NCBI GenBank assembly: GCA_046290225.1
Contig: JBKAGE010000082.1
Location: forward strand, 160,001 to 224,000
DNA length: 64,000 bases
Source of the DNA: Bradymonadia bacterium
Lineage (GTDB): Bacteria; Myxococcota_A; Bradymonadia; UBA7976; UBA1532
Reading direction: 5' to 3'
The notes beneath the pieces were generated by a model that saw nothing but the letters and a program-made list of their open reading frames with translations, did no database searches and had not been told where the DNA came from. This document shows positions 30,749 through 39,406 of the stretch, piece by piece. Both the position numbers and the translations under genes were made by a program. Numbering within the stretch: position 1 is the first letter of the stretch; each line of letters starts with the position of its first letter.

Positions 30749-31693
30749 ATGACGACACCCACTCCGCCCATCCCTGGTTGGCGCCTCGAGGTCGATCCCG
30801 GCAGCGACGGCATGCGCTTGGACATGTTCCTGGTGCAGCGTATCCCGCGTTTGAGCCGCGCTCGGGCGTCGCGCCTGACAGTGACGGTGGTCAACCGCCC
30901 AGAGCTTGGAGCCTTGAAGAAGGCGTATCGGGTGCGTGAGGGCTGGATTCTATGGGCCGAGCGGCCATTGCCCGACGCGGATGTCGTGCCGCCTGTACCT
31001 GAGGTGATCTTCAGCGACGACCACCTGCTGATCTTGGGCAAGCCCCCAGGGCTCGCCACCCACCCCACGGCTTCGCGCTTCAAAGCCACGGTGACGTGGT
31101 GGCTGGCCCAGCACTGGCCCGAGGCCGATCCGACGCATCGGCTCGATGTAGAGACCTCGGGTGTGTTGGTGGTGGCCCGGACCGACATCGCCAACCGAGC
31201 GCTGCAAAACGCCTTCGCCAGCGGCGGCGTGCGCAAACGCTATCTCGCGGTGGTGGAAGGTGTACCCGACCAGGATCACTTCGTGATCGATCGCCCGTTG
31301 GGCTTCGTGCAGGACCATCCCACTCTACACAGTGAGATCCGACTCAAGATGGGTCCTGGTGACAAGCCCGCCCGCACTGAATGCAGGGTGTTGCAGCGCG
31401 GCGCACGCCGCGCCCTCGTGGAAGCTCGACCCATACACGGCCGCCAACATCAAATCAGAGTGCATTTGAGCCTGGAGGGGTACCCCATCGTCGGCGACAA
31501 GCTCTATGGCCCCGACGAGCAGCTGTTCCTCGCCCACCTCAACCGCCCGCTCACAGAAGATGAGTACGCCCGGCTGGGCCACTCGCGTCATGCGCTGCAC
31601 GCGGCGAGCGCGGCCTTCGACTGGCCGAGGGGGCGGCCGAGACAGTTCGAGAGCCCGCTCCCGGGAGATCTCGAAGCGCTGCTCAGAACCTGA
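30749..31693 (+). CDS. RluA/RluD-family pseudouridine synthase
   Basis: RLD N-terminus, KPPGL, HRLDVETSG, GRQHQIRVH, IVGDKLYG, HALHA. Confidence 0.93.
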   Translation: MTTPTPPIPGWRLEVDPGSDGMRLDMFLVQRIPRLSRARASRLTVTVVNRPELGALKKAYRVREGWILWAERPLPDADVVPPVPEVIFSDDHLLILGKPPGLATHPTASRFKATVTWWLAQHWPEADPTHRLDVETSGVLVVARTDIANRALQNAFASGGVRKRYLAVVEGVPDQDHFVIDRPLGFVQDHPTLHSEIRLKMGPGDKPARTECRVLQRGARRALVEARPIHGRQHQIRVHLSLEGYPIVGDKLYGPDEQLFLAHLNRPLTEDEYARLGHSRHALHAASAAFDWPRGRPRQFESPLPGDLEALLRT

Positions 31694-32528
31694 CCTTGAT
31701 GCTGCCGGTGAGCAGCTTCGAGTAGTGCACGTTGGTCTTGCCCTTGGCGATCTTCCCGTTCACCGAGGTGATCACCACGCGCTGGGGCAGCGCGCTGCCG
31801 TTCTTCGAGAGGCGGCCCTGCATGCCTTTGCGGATCGCGCCGGCCTTGGAGAGCTTCATCGTCAACACTGCGCCGCCGTCGCCGGAGTCGATCACCTTGA
31901 ACACTCGGGCGGTGATCGCATCGACCGTGGGGGGTGGCGGCGGGGGCGGCGGCGGGGGCGGCTTCACCGTGCGCCGCCGGACCGTACGCTTGCGTCGCTT
32001 GGGCTGCGGAGGTGGTGGCGGAGGCGGCTCCACCCGGGTCACCACCGTGGGCGGAGGCGGCGGAGGCGGCTCGGGGGGCAAACGGAGCTGAGAGCCCACG
32101 GTATAGGCCGAGGTGCCGCCGAGGGCGAAGACCTTGATGTAGTACTTGCTCGGCTTCTTGTTCACCGGGATCTTGAAGTAGTAATCCGGGCGCTTCGCCG
32201 TGATCGTCTGGCGGTCGAGGCGGGCACCGAAGTCGTCGTGTAGGGTGATCTCACCCCCCTCTACGCCTTCGGGCGCATCCATCCGCACCGAGATCGTCAG
32301 ATCGCCCTTGTCGAAGACATCGAGGTACTTCCAGTCGGTGTTGTCGCCGTTGGCGCCGTCGATGCGATCGGTGACGCTCTGATTGACCTGACCGGCGAGC
32401 CTGGCCCGATCTCGGACCTCGTCGCCTTCGCTGCGGCTGTCGATGCCGCCGCCGATGGCCCCGCAGGCCGTGAGACCCAGCGCCATCAGCGCCACCAGCG
32501 CCTTGATCCTGCTCATGTGCCCGTTCAT
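31683..32528 (-). CDS. Lipoprotein: PPC-like beta-sandwich, Pro/Arg-rich linker, small C-terminal beta domain (paralog 2)
   Basis: Lipobox LTA-C; GDNTDWK motif; poly-Pro linker; ATGA overlap with the upstream paralog. Confidence 0.7.
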   Translation of the reverse strand: MNGHMSRIKALVALMALGLTACGAIGGGIDSRSEGDEVRDRARLAGQVNQSVTDRIDGANGDNTDWKYLDVFDKGDLTISVRMDAPEGVEGGEITLHDDFGARLDRQTITAKRPDYYFKIPVNKKPSKYYIKVFALGGTSAYTVGSQLRLPPEPPPPPPPTVVTRVEPPPPPPPQPKRRKRTVRRRTVKPPPPPPPPPPPTVDAITARVFKVIDSGDGGAVLTMKLSKAGAIRKGMQGRLSKNGSALPQRVVITSVNGKIAKGKTNVHYSKLLTGSIKVRF

Positions 32529-33436
32529 GGGATCACCCTCACCTTTTTGCTGCCAGCGAGGCGCTCCACCGTCGCCGAGCACTGGGCCACCGAGGCCTTC
32601 GCCGTCACCTTCACGATGCGGATGCTCACACCCTGCACCATGCCACCAGAGCGATCGAGAAGCACCGCCCTCTGCCCCTGCTTGACCCCGTCGTTCGCCC
32701 CAATGTTCAAGGTGATGAACGACTTCCACTTCTGGCTGGCCTTCGGGCTGTTCACCATCTTCAAGATGGTGCCGTTCACCCCTGAGGGGGGCGGCCCGCC
32801 CTGGGGCACGGACCCACCTCGGCGGCGACGGCCACGACCCCGGCGACGGCCACGGGGCTGGGGTGCTGGATCGAGGCCACCGACCTCCACCGGAGGCACG
32901 TCGACATAGTCCTCTACAGCGACGGGCACCTGCTCGAGGCTGCGATCGTCGTGCACGAACGAGGTGAACTCGGCGTTGATGGTGTAGACACTCTTGCCGC
33001 CTTCGGTGAAGAGGCGCACGAAGTGCGTGCCGGGCTTCACCCGGAGCTCGATCTTGTCTTTTTCGAGCTCCGAGGAGTGCTTGCGAGAGTCGAGCAGCGC
33101 GCCGAAACGATCGCGCACGTCGATGATGGCGTCGACGTCACGGTTGTCCCAGTACACCGTCAGCTGCAGGATCCCCTGCTGCTCGACCTTCACGTACTTC
33201 CAGTCGGTGTTGTCGCCTTCTTTGGCGCTGAGGTAGTCGTCGGTGAGCGTCTCCATTCGAAGGCGCTTGGCCCCCGGGCGCTCTTTGTCCTCACCAGAGG
33301 CCGAGTCGGGCTTCACCTCGACCTCGCCACACCCCGAAAGAGGCAGACACAGGCAAGCCGTGATCAGGCAGAAATACTTCAGAGTTGGCCACTTGCCGCT
33401 CATGTCGCGCCCACAGTGCGTCGGTTCCGTTGGCAT
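32525..33436 (-). CDS. Lipoprotein: PPC-like beta-sandwich, Arg-rich linker, FlgT-C-like domain (paralog 1)
   Basis: Lipobox LSG-C; GDNTDWK motif; ITLNIGANDGVKQG. Confidence 0.7.
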   Translation of the reverse strand: MPTEPTHCGRDMSGKWPTLKYFCLITACLCLPLSGCGEVEVKPDSASGEDKERPGAKRLRMETLTDDYLSAKEGDNTDWKYVKVEQQGILQLTVYWDNRDVDAIIDVRDRFGALLDSRKHSSELEKDKIELRVKPGTHFVRLFTEGGKSVYTINAEFTSFVHDDRSLEQVPVAVEDYVDVPPVEVGGLDPAPQPRGRRRGRGRRRRGGSVPQGGPPPSGVNGTILKMVNSPKASQKWKSFITLNIGANDGVKQGQRAVLLDRSGGMVQGVSIRIVKVTAKASVAQCSATVERLAGSKKVRVIP

Positions 33437-33661
33437 TTGAAGTACATTTCCGAGACCTCCGGTGTCAATCCGCGTGGAAATGATTGAGAAAAACCTGCGC
33501 CGTCGCCTGAAGATTCCCCGACGACCCCGTCGATGAAGTCACGCATGAGCACAGCCTTCGATCTTTTCGCCGCGGCGCTCTACCCGTGAGCGCTTTTTCC
33601 TTGCCAGCCAGCCTCAGAGGCTGACATAGCTGTGACCCCATGCTGCGTCTGTGGAGACGGA

Positions 33662-34249
33662 GTGGCACAGCACCGCATTGTCAGACAAATCTCTGAAGTC
33701 TTTGCCACCACCCTCGAAGATGGGGTCAAAGACATCCTGGGCCGCACCATTCAGGTGGTCACTGGCCCACCCTTGCGCGAAAAATTCACGCGTCTGCCCG
33801 CGTTGGGTGTCTACCTGTATCGGGTGGTCGTTCTGCCACAGCGCCGCGAGTTCTCGCCCACCCTGGTCACCACCATCGACCAGGAAGGCAACATCGAAGA
33901 GTACTTCCAGGATCCGTCTGTCTACTTGGGCCTCGATTACCTGATCAGCGCCTGGGCCGACGACGATCCCGAGCTACAAGAGCTGCTTGGTGCCGCCACC
34001 AGGGCCATGCTCATGCACCCGGTCTTCGAGGGCAGCACCCTCGAGGGCGACGCCTTCGACCCGGAAGATCGGGTGGTCATGCGCCCTGTGGAAGACCTGT
34101 CTGCAGAGTTTCTCATGTCACTCTGGCGTGGTTTTGGAGAACATCTGCGGCCCTCGGTGGCATATCGGGCCAAAGCATGGTTAGACTCGCCCCGCCGAGT
34201 CGCAGGATTCAAACGCGTGGGCTCCCGACAACTCGTCGTCGATCGGTGA
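33662..34249 (+). CDS. DUF4255 / Pvc16(Afp16)-like CIS cap/terminator protein
   Basis: LGVYLYRV, LDYLISAW, ELLG, HP, LW...LRPSVAY; probable GTG start after GGAG; immediately precedes the sheath gene. Confidence 0.82.
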   Translation: MAQHRIVRQISEVFATTLEDGVKDILGRTIQVVTGPPLREKFTRLPALGVYLYRVVVLPQRREFSPTLVTTIDQEGNIEEYFQDPSVYLGLDYLISAWADDDPELQELLGAATRAMLMHPVFEGSTLEGDAFDPEDRVVMRPVEDLSAEFLMSLWRGFGEHLRPSVAYRAKAWLDSPRRVAGFKRVGSRQLVVDR

Positions 34250-34276
34250 GGGGAGCAACCCATGTGTGAGCGCATC

Positions 34277-34318
34277 GCTGATAACGAACAGTTGATAACG
34301 AACTGCTGAGAACAAACC
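34277..34318 (+). repeat. Three imperfect 14-bp direct repeats upstream of the major sheath gene
   Basis: gctgataacgaaca / gttgataacgaact / gctgagaacaaacc. Confidence 0.7.
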
Positions 34319-34337
34319 GCCGAGAGAGGAAGAGGCA

Positions 34338-35498
34338 ATGAAGGAGTATTTGTCCCCAGGTGTCTACGTCGAAGAGGTGCCCAGTGCCAGCAAGCCCATC
34401 GAGGCGGTGGGCACCAGCACTGTGGGCTTCATCGGTGTAAGTTCCCGGGGCCCGGTCAACGTGCCGGTCCTGTGCCCCAACTGGAGCACCTTCACCAAGA
34501 ACTTCGGTGACTTCAAAGACGGCGGCCACTTCGCTCATGCTGTCTACGGCTTCTTCAACAACGGCGGCTCCCGCTGCTTCGTGCTCAACGTCGGCGACGA
34601 CGAGGCCAACAAAGACAAGAACCACGCCAGCCTCGCCGCTCGCTTCCTCGGCGAAGACAAGGGCCCCGGCGCCCGTAGCGGTCTGTTCTGCTTCGAGGAG
34701 ATCGAGGAGATCTCCATCGTCGTGGCCCCCGGCCAGACCGATCCTGCCATTCAGGATGCCGTGCTGAGCCACTGCGAGAAGATGCGCTACCGCATGGCCA
34801 TCCTCGACTGCCCCGAGGTCATCGAGGAAGGCGGCGTCGACAAGCTGCCCAAGCCCCGTGACTCCAAGTACGGCGCCTACTACTTCCCCTGGATCCAGGT
34901 GTACGATCCCCAGGAGGGCGAGATCTTCGTGCCCCCCTCGGGCCACATGGCCGGCATCTACGCCCGCTCCGACGGTGAGCGCGGCGTGCACAAGGCCCCC
35001 GCCAACGAGGTGGTCCGCGGCGCCCTCGACCTCAAGTACCAGGTCACCAAGGGCGAGCAGGACATCCTCAACCCCAAGGGCATCAACTGCATCCGTTACT
35101 TCGACGGCCGCGGCATCCGCGTCTGGGGCGCCCGCACCATCTCGAGCGATCCCGAGTGGCGCTACGTGAACGTCCGCCGTCTGTTCAACATGGTGGAGAA
35201 GTCCATCGAGGACGGCACCCAGTGGGTGGTCTTCGAGCCCAACGATCAGACCCTCTGGAAGCGCGTGACCCGCAACATCACCGCCTTCCTCTTGCGGGTG
35301 TGGCGTGAGGGCGGCCTCTTCGGTGAGACCCCCGAGCAGGCCTTCTACGTGAAGTGCGACGCCGAGACCAACCCCCCGGAGGTCATCGACGCCGGCCAGC
35401 TCATCGTCGAGATCGGCATGTGCCCCACCAAGCCTGCCGAGTTCGTGATCTTCCGCATTGGCCAGATGCCCACCGGTGGTGACTCCATCGAGGGCTGA
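34338..35498 (+). CDS. Contractile tail sheath protein (major)
   Basis: YLSPGVYVEE, FFNNGG, YFPW, VPPSGH, GVHKAPANE, LNPKGINCIR, VWGART, YVNVRR, FEPN, PAEF. Confidence 0.96.
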   Translation: MKEYLSPGVYVEEVPSASKPIEAVGTSTVGFIGVSSRGPVNVPVLCPNWSTFTKNFGDFKDGGHFAHAVYGFFNNGGSRCFVLNVGDDEANKDKNHASLAARFLGEDKGPGARSGLFCFEEIEEISIVVAPGQTDPAIQDAVLSHCEKMRYRMAILDCPEVIEEGGVDKLPKPRDSKYGAYYFPWIQVYDPQEGEIFVPPSGHMAGIYARSDGERGVHKAPANEVVRGALDLKYQVTKGEQDILNPKGINCIRYFDGRGIRVWGARTISSDPEWRYVNVRRLFNMVEKSIEDGTQWVVFEPNDQTLWKRVTRNITAFLLRVWREGGLFGETPEQAFYVKCDAETNPPEVIDAGQLIVEIGMCPTKPAEFVIFRIGQMPTGGDSIEG

Positions 35499-35776
35499 GG
35501 CAGCAGCACTGTCCTGGCATTGCTGTCATGGCGTTGTTGTCATGACGTTGCAGTGACAGCCAGTCTGTCATCAATGCCTTGTAAAGGCTGAGCGGCCTGG
35601 GGGGCGTAGACCCCACTTGCCGTAAAAGAAGAAAAAAACCAAGTCATCGAGAACGTTTATCGGCACGGTGACTTGAACAACACAGCCCCTCCCGCTTGAA
35701 TATGCGGCGTATCCTTCACAGCTGAGGGAGCGCCGCACCAGCCAACAACGAGGGGGTCTGGTCGCATTCATCATGT

Positions 35777-35795
35777 CCGACACACCATGTGTCGG
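35777..35795. other. Perfect 8-bp-stem hairpin in the sheath-tube intergenic region
   Basis: ccgacaca-cca-tgtgtcgg. Confidence 0.5.
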
Positions 35796-35857
35796 GTGTA
35801 AAGACTTGAACCGCGGACTGGTCTTCCAGGCCGCCTTGTAGAGCGGAGTGGTAATCA

Positions 35858-36313
35858 ATGGGGTTGTTCAGCGACAATCGCCGTAAGCACGATCACATCG
35901 GTAACTTCAACTTCAAGGTCGAGATCGACGGCGTCACCGTCGGCGCTTTCCGTAACGTCGAAGGCCTCGACGCGGAGACCGAGGTGGTGGAGTACCAGGA
36001 CGGCGACGACCTGCGCCTGCGCAAGCGCCCTGGTCGTACCAAGTACTCCGACATCACCCTCAAGCGTGGCTACATCTCCACCATGGAGCTCTGGGACTGG
36101 CGTAAGCGGGTGATGGACGGCGTGGTGCAGCGCAAGTCCGGCTCCATCGTCCTGTGTAACGACAAGGGCGACGAGGTCATGCGCTACAACTTCTATGATG
36201 GATGGCCCTCCAAGTGGAAGGGCTTCACCCTCGACGGTAAGGGTACTGACGCTGTGGTCGAGGAGATCTCCATCAGCCACGAGTACCTCGAGCGCGTCCA
36301 GGGCAGCAACTGA
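35858..36313 (+). CDS. T4 gp19-like tail tube protein (major, Afp1-like)
   Basis: FNFKVEIDG, F..VEGL, EYQDG, PGR.KYSDITLKRG, WPSKW, VVEEI. Confidence 0.95.
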   Translation: MGLFSDNRRKHDHIGNFNFKVEIDGVTVGAFRNVEGLDAETEVVEYQDGDDLRLRKRPGRTKYSDITLKRGYISTMELWDWRKRVMDGVVQRKSGSIVLCNDKGDEVMRYNFYDGWPSKWKGFTLDGKGTDAVVEEISISHEYLERVQGSN

Positions 36314-36541
36314 TCACATTGATGATGAGTGTGCTCACGCACACTCACCAGCATTTGATCAGTCACCTCATGCGCGCAGTTGAGCGTGTGTGAGGGCACA
36401 TCTCGCGCCCGCCAGGACTTCACGGCCCTGGCGGGTGTTTTTACATCAGGGCCCGACCAGGGAGACGTGATTGTCCGAGGACACCACACCCCGGTCGCGT
36501 ACACTTTAATCCCCCTACCGGCGACACATCCGAGGGCTTAC

Positions 36542-36913
36542 ATGGCGTTCCAGACGGAGTTCCCGTTCACCCTGCCCAAGGGCTACGTGGATCAGGACGG
36601 CAACCTGCATCGCGAAGGCGTGATGCGACTGGCCACCGCAAAAGACGAAATCGCACCTTTGCAGGACTACCGAGTTCAGCAGAACCGTGCGTACCTGGTC
36701 ATCATCTTGCTGTCTCGAGTCATCATCAAGCTCGGCAGCTTGAAATCAGTGAGTCCCAACACCATCGAGGGCCTGTTCTCTTCAGATCTGGCCTACCTGC
36801 AGGAGTTCTACCGGCGGGTCAACGAAGATGGTGGCGCGAAGCTCGAGACCACCTGTCCCGCCTGTGGGCATAAGTACGAGCTGGATCTGGGCACTGACAT
36901 GGGGGAATCCTGA
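36542..36913 (+). CDS. Tail assembly chaperone-like protein
   Basis: TEFPFTLPKGYVD..G.LHREGVMRLATAKDEI, LLSRVI, DLAYLQEFYRRVN, C-terminal CPAC. Confidence 0.85.
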   Translation: MAFQTEFPFTLPKGYVDQDGNLHREGVMRLATAKDEIAPLQDYRVQQNRAYLVIILLSRVIIKLGSLKSVSPNTIEGLFSSDLAYLQEFYRRVNEDGGAKLETTCPACGHKYELDLGTDMGES

Positions 36914-37071
36914 GCTACCCCCTGGATCGTATTTTCCAGGAGGTAGCGTACATCGCCTATCACTTCCACTGGACCGCCGATGACATCCTCGCCATGGAGC
37001 ACCGCGAGCGTCAGATGTGGATCCGGGAGATTTCGGCCATCAACCGGGAGATCAATGACTCCCGCTCATAG
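36910..37071 (+). CDS. DUF6760-like small protein (absent from the ORF track); in the -1 frame of the chaperone, probably reached by frameshifting
   Basis: Manual translation LSYPLDRIFQEVAYIAYHFHWTADDILAMEHRERQMWIREISAINREINDSRS*; no ATG/GTG start at its 5' end; GGGGGAA at 36901-36907. Confidence 0.8.
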   Translation: MSYPLDRIFQEVAYIAYHFHWTADDILAMEHRERQMWIREISAINREINDSRS

Positions 37072-37087
37072 AGACTGACTGTTATTC

Positions 37088-38851
37088 ATGACCACAGTCC
37101 GCGCCCCCGGTGTTTACTACGAGCCCAGCGAGCAGCGTATTCCCCAGCTGAGCCTCGGGCGTACAGGTATGCCGGTGTTTCTCGGCGTCACCCGGCGGGG
37201 CCCGCTCGATCGGCCGGTCCGCATCACCAGCCTCAACCACTTTGAAGAGATCTTCGGAGAGCCCATCACCGATGGCTATCTGATCCCGTCGCTGACGGGC
37301 TTCTTCGACAATGGTGGTGACGAGTGCTACGTGCTCCGCATCGCCCGGGAGAAGGGCCGCCCGGGGGAAGATGTCGCCCTCACCTCGGAGATGGTGGCCC
37401 TCGATGGTGCGGGTTCAGAGGTCCTGCACATCGAGGCTCAGGATCCAGGCAGCTGGGGCAACCACCTGCGCATCACCCTGGCGCCCACACCTGATCCGCT
37501 GCGCACGTTTCTCACCCGAGACGGGGCGGCGGGTGATGCCACCCTGCAGGTGAAGACAACCCATGCCATGCAGGTGGGCACGCTCGTCGAGATCACTGAT
37601 GGTGAGTCGGCCCATTGGGCCCAGGTGAAAGACATCTCCGGCAAGATGCTCACGCTGAGCGAGGCCTTGCCCAAGGCATACAAGTCAGCGGCGCCGACCT
37701 ATGTGATCCCTCACACCTTCGATCTGCACGTGGCCGGCGCCTACGGTGAAGGGGCCGAGAGCTATACTCAGCTCTCGCTCCATGGCGCTTCGCTCCGCTT
37801 CGCCGAGCGGCTCATCAACAAGCAGAGTCGCCTCATCAAAATCCAGGTGATTCGCAACGGCTCGCCCTTGAGCCACAGCTTGCCCGTACCGGTGGCCCAT
37901 CAGCCCCTCGAAGGCGGCCAGGACGGTGTGGCCGATCTGGGCCCCGACGACTTCATCGGCTACGACCGGGGGCCACAGGCCCGCCGCGGCCTGTGGACTC
38001 TGGTGGAGCACCCGCAGATCGATCTGGTGGCGATCCCCGATCTCATGAGCGCCTACGAGCGCAGCGATCGCTTCAAGACCTTGCGCGACGTCGACGCCGT
38101 GCAAGAGGCGGCGATCACCCTCTGTGAAAATTCGCTCAACCGCTTCGCCATCCTCGATCTGCCCCCTGGGGGTGACTACGAAGAGGCGCTGCGCTGGCGA
38201 CGACAGTTCGACAGCCCGCACGCCGCCTTCTACTACCCCTGGGTGGTGGTCCTCGAAGGCGGTCGGCGACGGGCGGTGCCGCCTTCGGGTCACGTCGCCG
38301 GCATCTTCTCTCGGTGTGATCGCAACATCGGCATCCACAAGGCCCCGGCGAACGAGATCATCGAAGGTGTGGTCGATCTCGATGTTTTGCTGCAAGACGC
38401 CCACCTCGCTCTCTTGAACGAGGCAGGGGTGAACTGCCTCCGGGCCTTCGCCTCACGTGGCCTGCGGGTCTGGGGTGCGCGGACGGCGAGCAGCGAGGCG
38501 GAGTGGCGATACATCAGCGTCAGGCGCACGATGAGCGCCATCCACGCAGCCATCGATCAGGGGTGTCAGTGGGCGGTGTTCGAGCCTAACGGGCCGAGCC
38601 TGTGGAAACGACTTACCCGGCTGATCACGGGATTTCTCATGGACCTTCGAAGCCGGGGAATCCTTGCAGGGGAGCAGCCCGAAGAGGCTTTCTACGTGCG
38701 CTGTGACAACGAGACGAATCCCCCTGACGCCATCGACAACGGTATGTTGATCACCGAAATTGGTCTGGCCATCACTCGACCGGTGGAGTTCATCATTTTC
38801 CGACTCGCTCAGAGATTGGAAGATGAAGCACAGCAGTTGGAGGAGAGCTGA
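37088..38851 (+). CDS. Contractile tail sheath protein 2, with inserted domains
   Basis: APGVYYE, FFDNGG, PGSWGN, YYPW, VPPSGH, HKAPANE, VWGART, FEPN. Confidence 0.93.
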   Translation: MTTVRAPGVYYEPSEQRIPQLSLGRTGMPVFLGVTRRGPLDRPVRITSLNHFEEIFGEPITDGYLIPSLTGFFDNGGDECYVLRIAREKGRPGEDVALTSEMVALDGAGSEVLHIEAQDPGSWGNHLRITLAPTPDPLRTFLTRDGAAGDATLQVKTTHAMQVGTLVEITDGESAHWAQVKDISGKMLTLSEALPKAYKSAAPTYVIPHTFDLHVAGAYGEGAESYTQLSLHGASLRFAERLINKQSRLIKIQVIRNGSPLSHSLPVPVAHQPLEGGQDGVADLGPDDFIGYDRGPQARRGLWTLVEHPQIDLVAIPDLMSAYERSDRFKTLRDVDAVQEAAITLCENSLNRFAILDLPPGGDYEEALRWRRQFDSPHAAFYYPWVVVLEGGRRRAVPPSGHVAGIFSRCDRNIGIHKAPANEIIEGVVDLDVLLQDAHLALLNEAGVNCLRAFASRGLRVWGARTASSEAEWRYISVRRTMSAIHAAIDQGCQWAVFEPNGPSLWKRLTRLITGFLMDLRSRGILAGEQPEEAFYVRCDNETNPPDAIDNGMLITEIGLAITRPVEFIIFRLAQRLEDEAQQLEES

Positions 38852-38853
38852 GT

Positions 38854-39363
38854 ATGCGCAGAAGCAGGAGAAGTCGCGGCGGCAGCGGTGCTTCCGCTGG
38901 GAACAGCAGCGCGCCCACTCGAAACCCCGCCCTGGTCAGCGTTCAAAGCCGGCCCATGGGCAAGTTCCGCTTCAAGTTCGAGGTCGACGGCATCACCATG
39001 GCCCACTTTCAAAGCGTGACGGGGCTCGGCCACGAGATCGAGGTCCTCGAACAGCAAGAGGGCGGGGTCAACGAATACATGCACAAGCTCCCCGGCCAGG
39101 GGCGCTACTCCAACTTGGTGCTCAAGGTGGGCTGGGTCAGCACCCAGCTCGTCGAAGACTGGCACATGGGCTTCGCCCGCAACCCCAAAGGGGTTCAGCG
39201 CAAGACCGGCGCCCTCGTGCTCCTCGATGACGCGGGGCAAGAGGCAAAGCGCTGGGACTTCAAGGGCGCCTGGCCCGTGAAGTGGGAAGGCCCTGCCCCT
39301 GACACCAGCCAGAGCGCCATCGCGGTCGAGTCCATCGAGATCGCCTATGAGCAGCTGACCTGA
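38854..39363 (+). CDS. T4 gp19-like tail tube protein 2 (Afp5-like)
   Basis: FRFKFEVDG, FQSVTGL, EGG.N, KLPG, WPVKWEGP, AVESIEI; alternative start at MGKF. Confidence 0.92.
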   Translation: MRRSRRSRGGSGASAGNSSAPTRNPALVSVQSRPMGKFRFKFEVDGITMAHFQSVTGLGHEIEVLEQQEGGVNEYMHKLPGQGRYSNLVLKVGWVSTQLVEDWHMGFARNPKGVQRKTGALVLLDDAGQEAKRWDFKGAWPVKWEGPAPDTSQSAIAVESIEIAYEQLT

Positions 39364-39406
39364 GAGCACCCGAGAGGGTCACGAGACACGCCAACACAGG
39401 TGGGAC

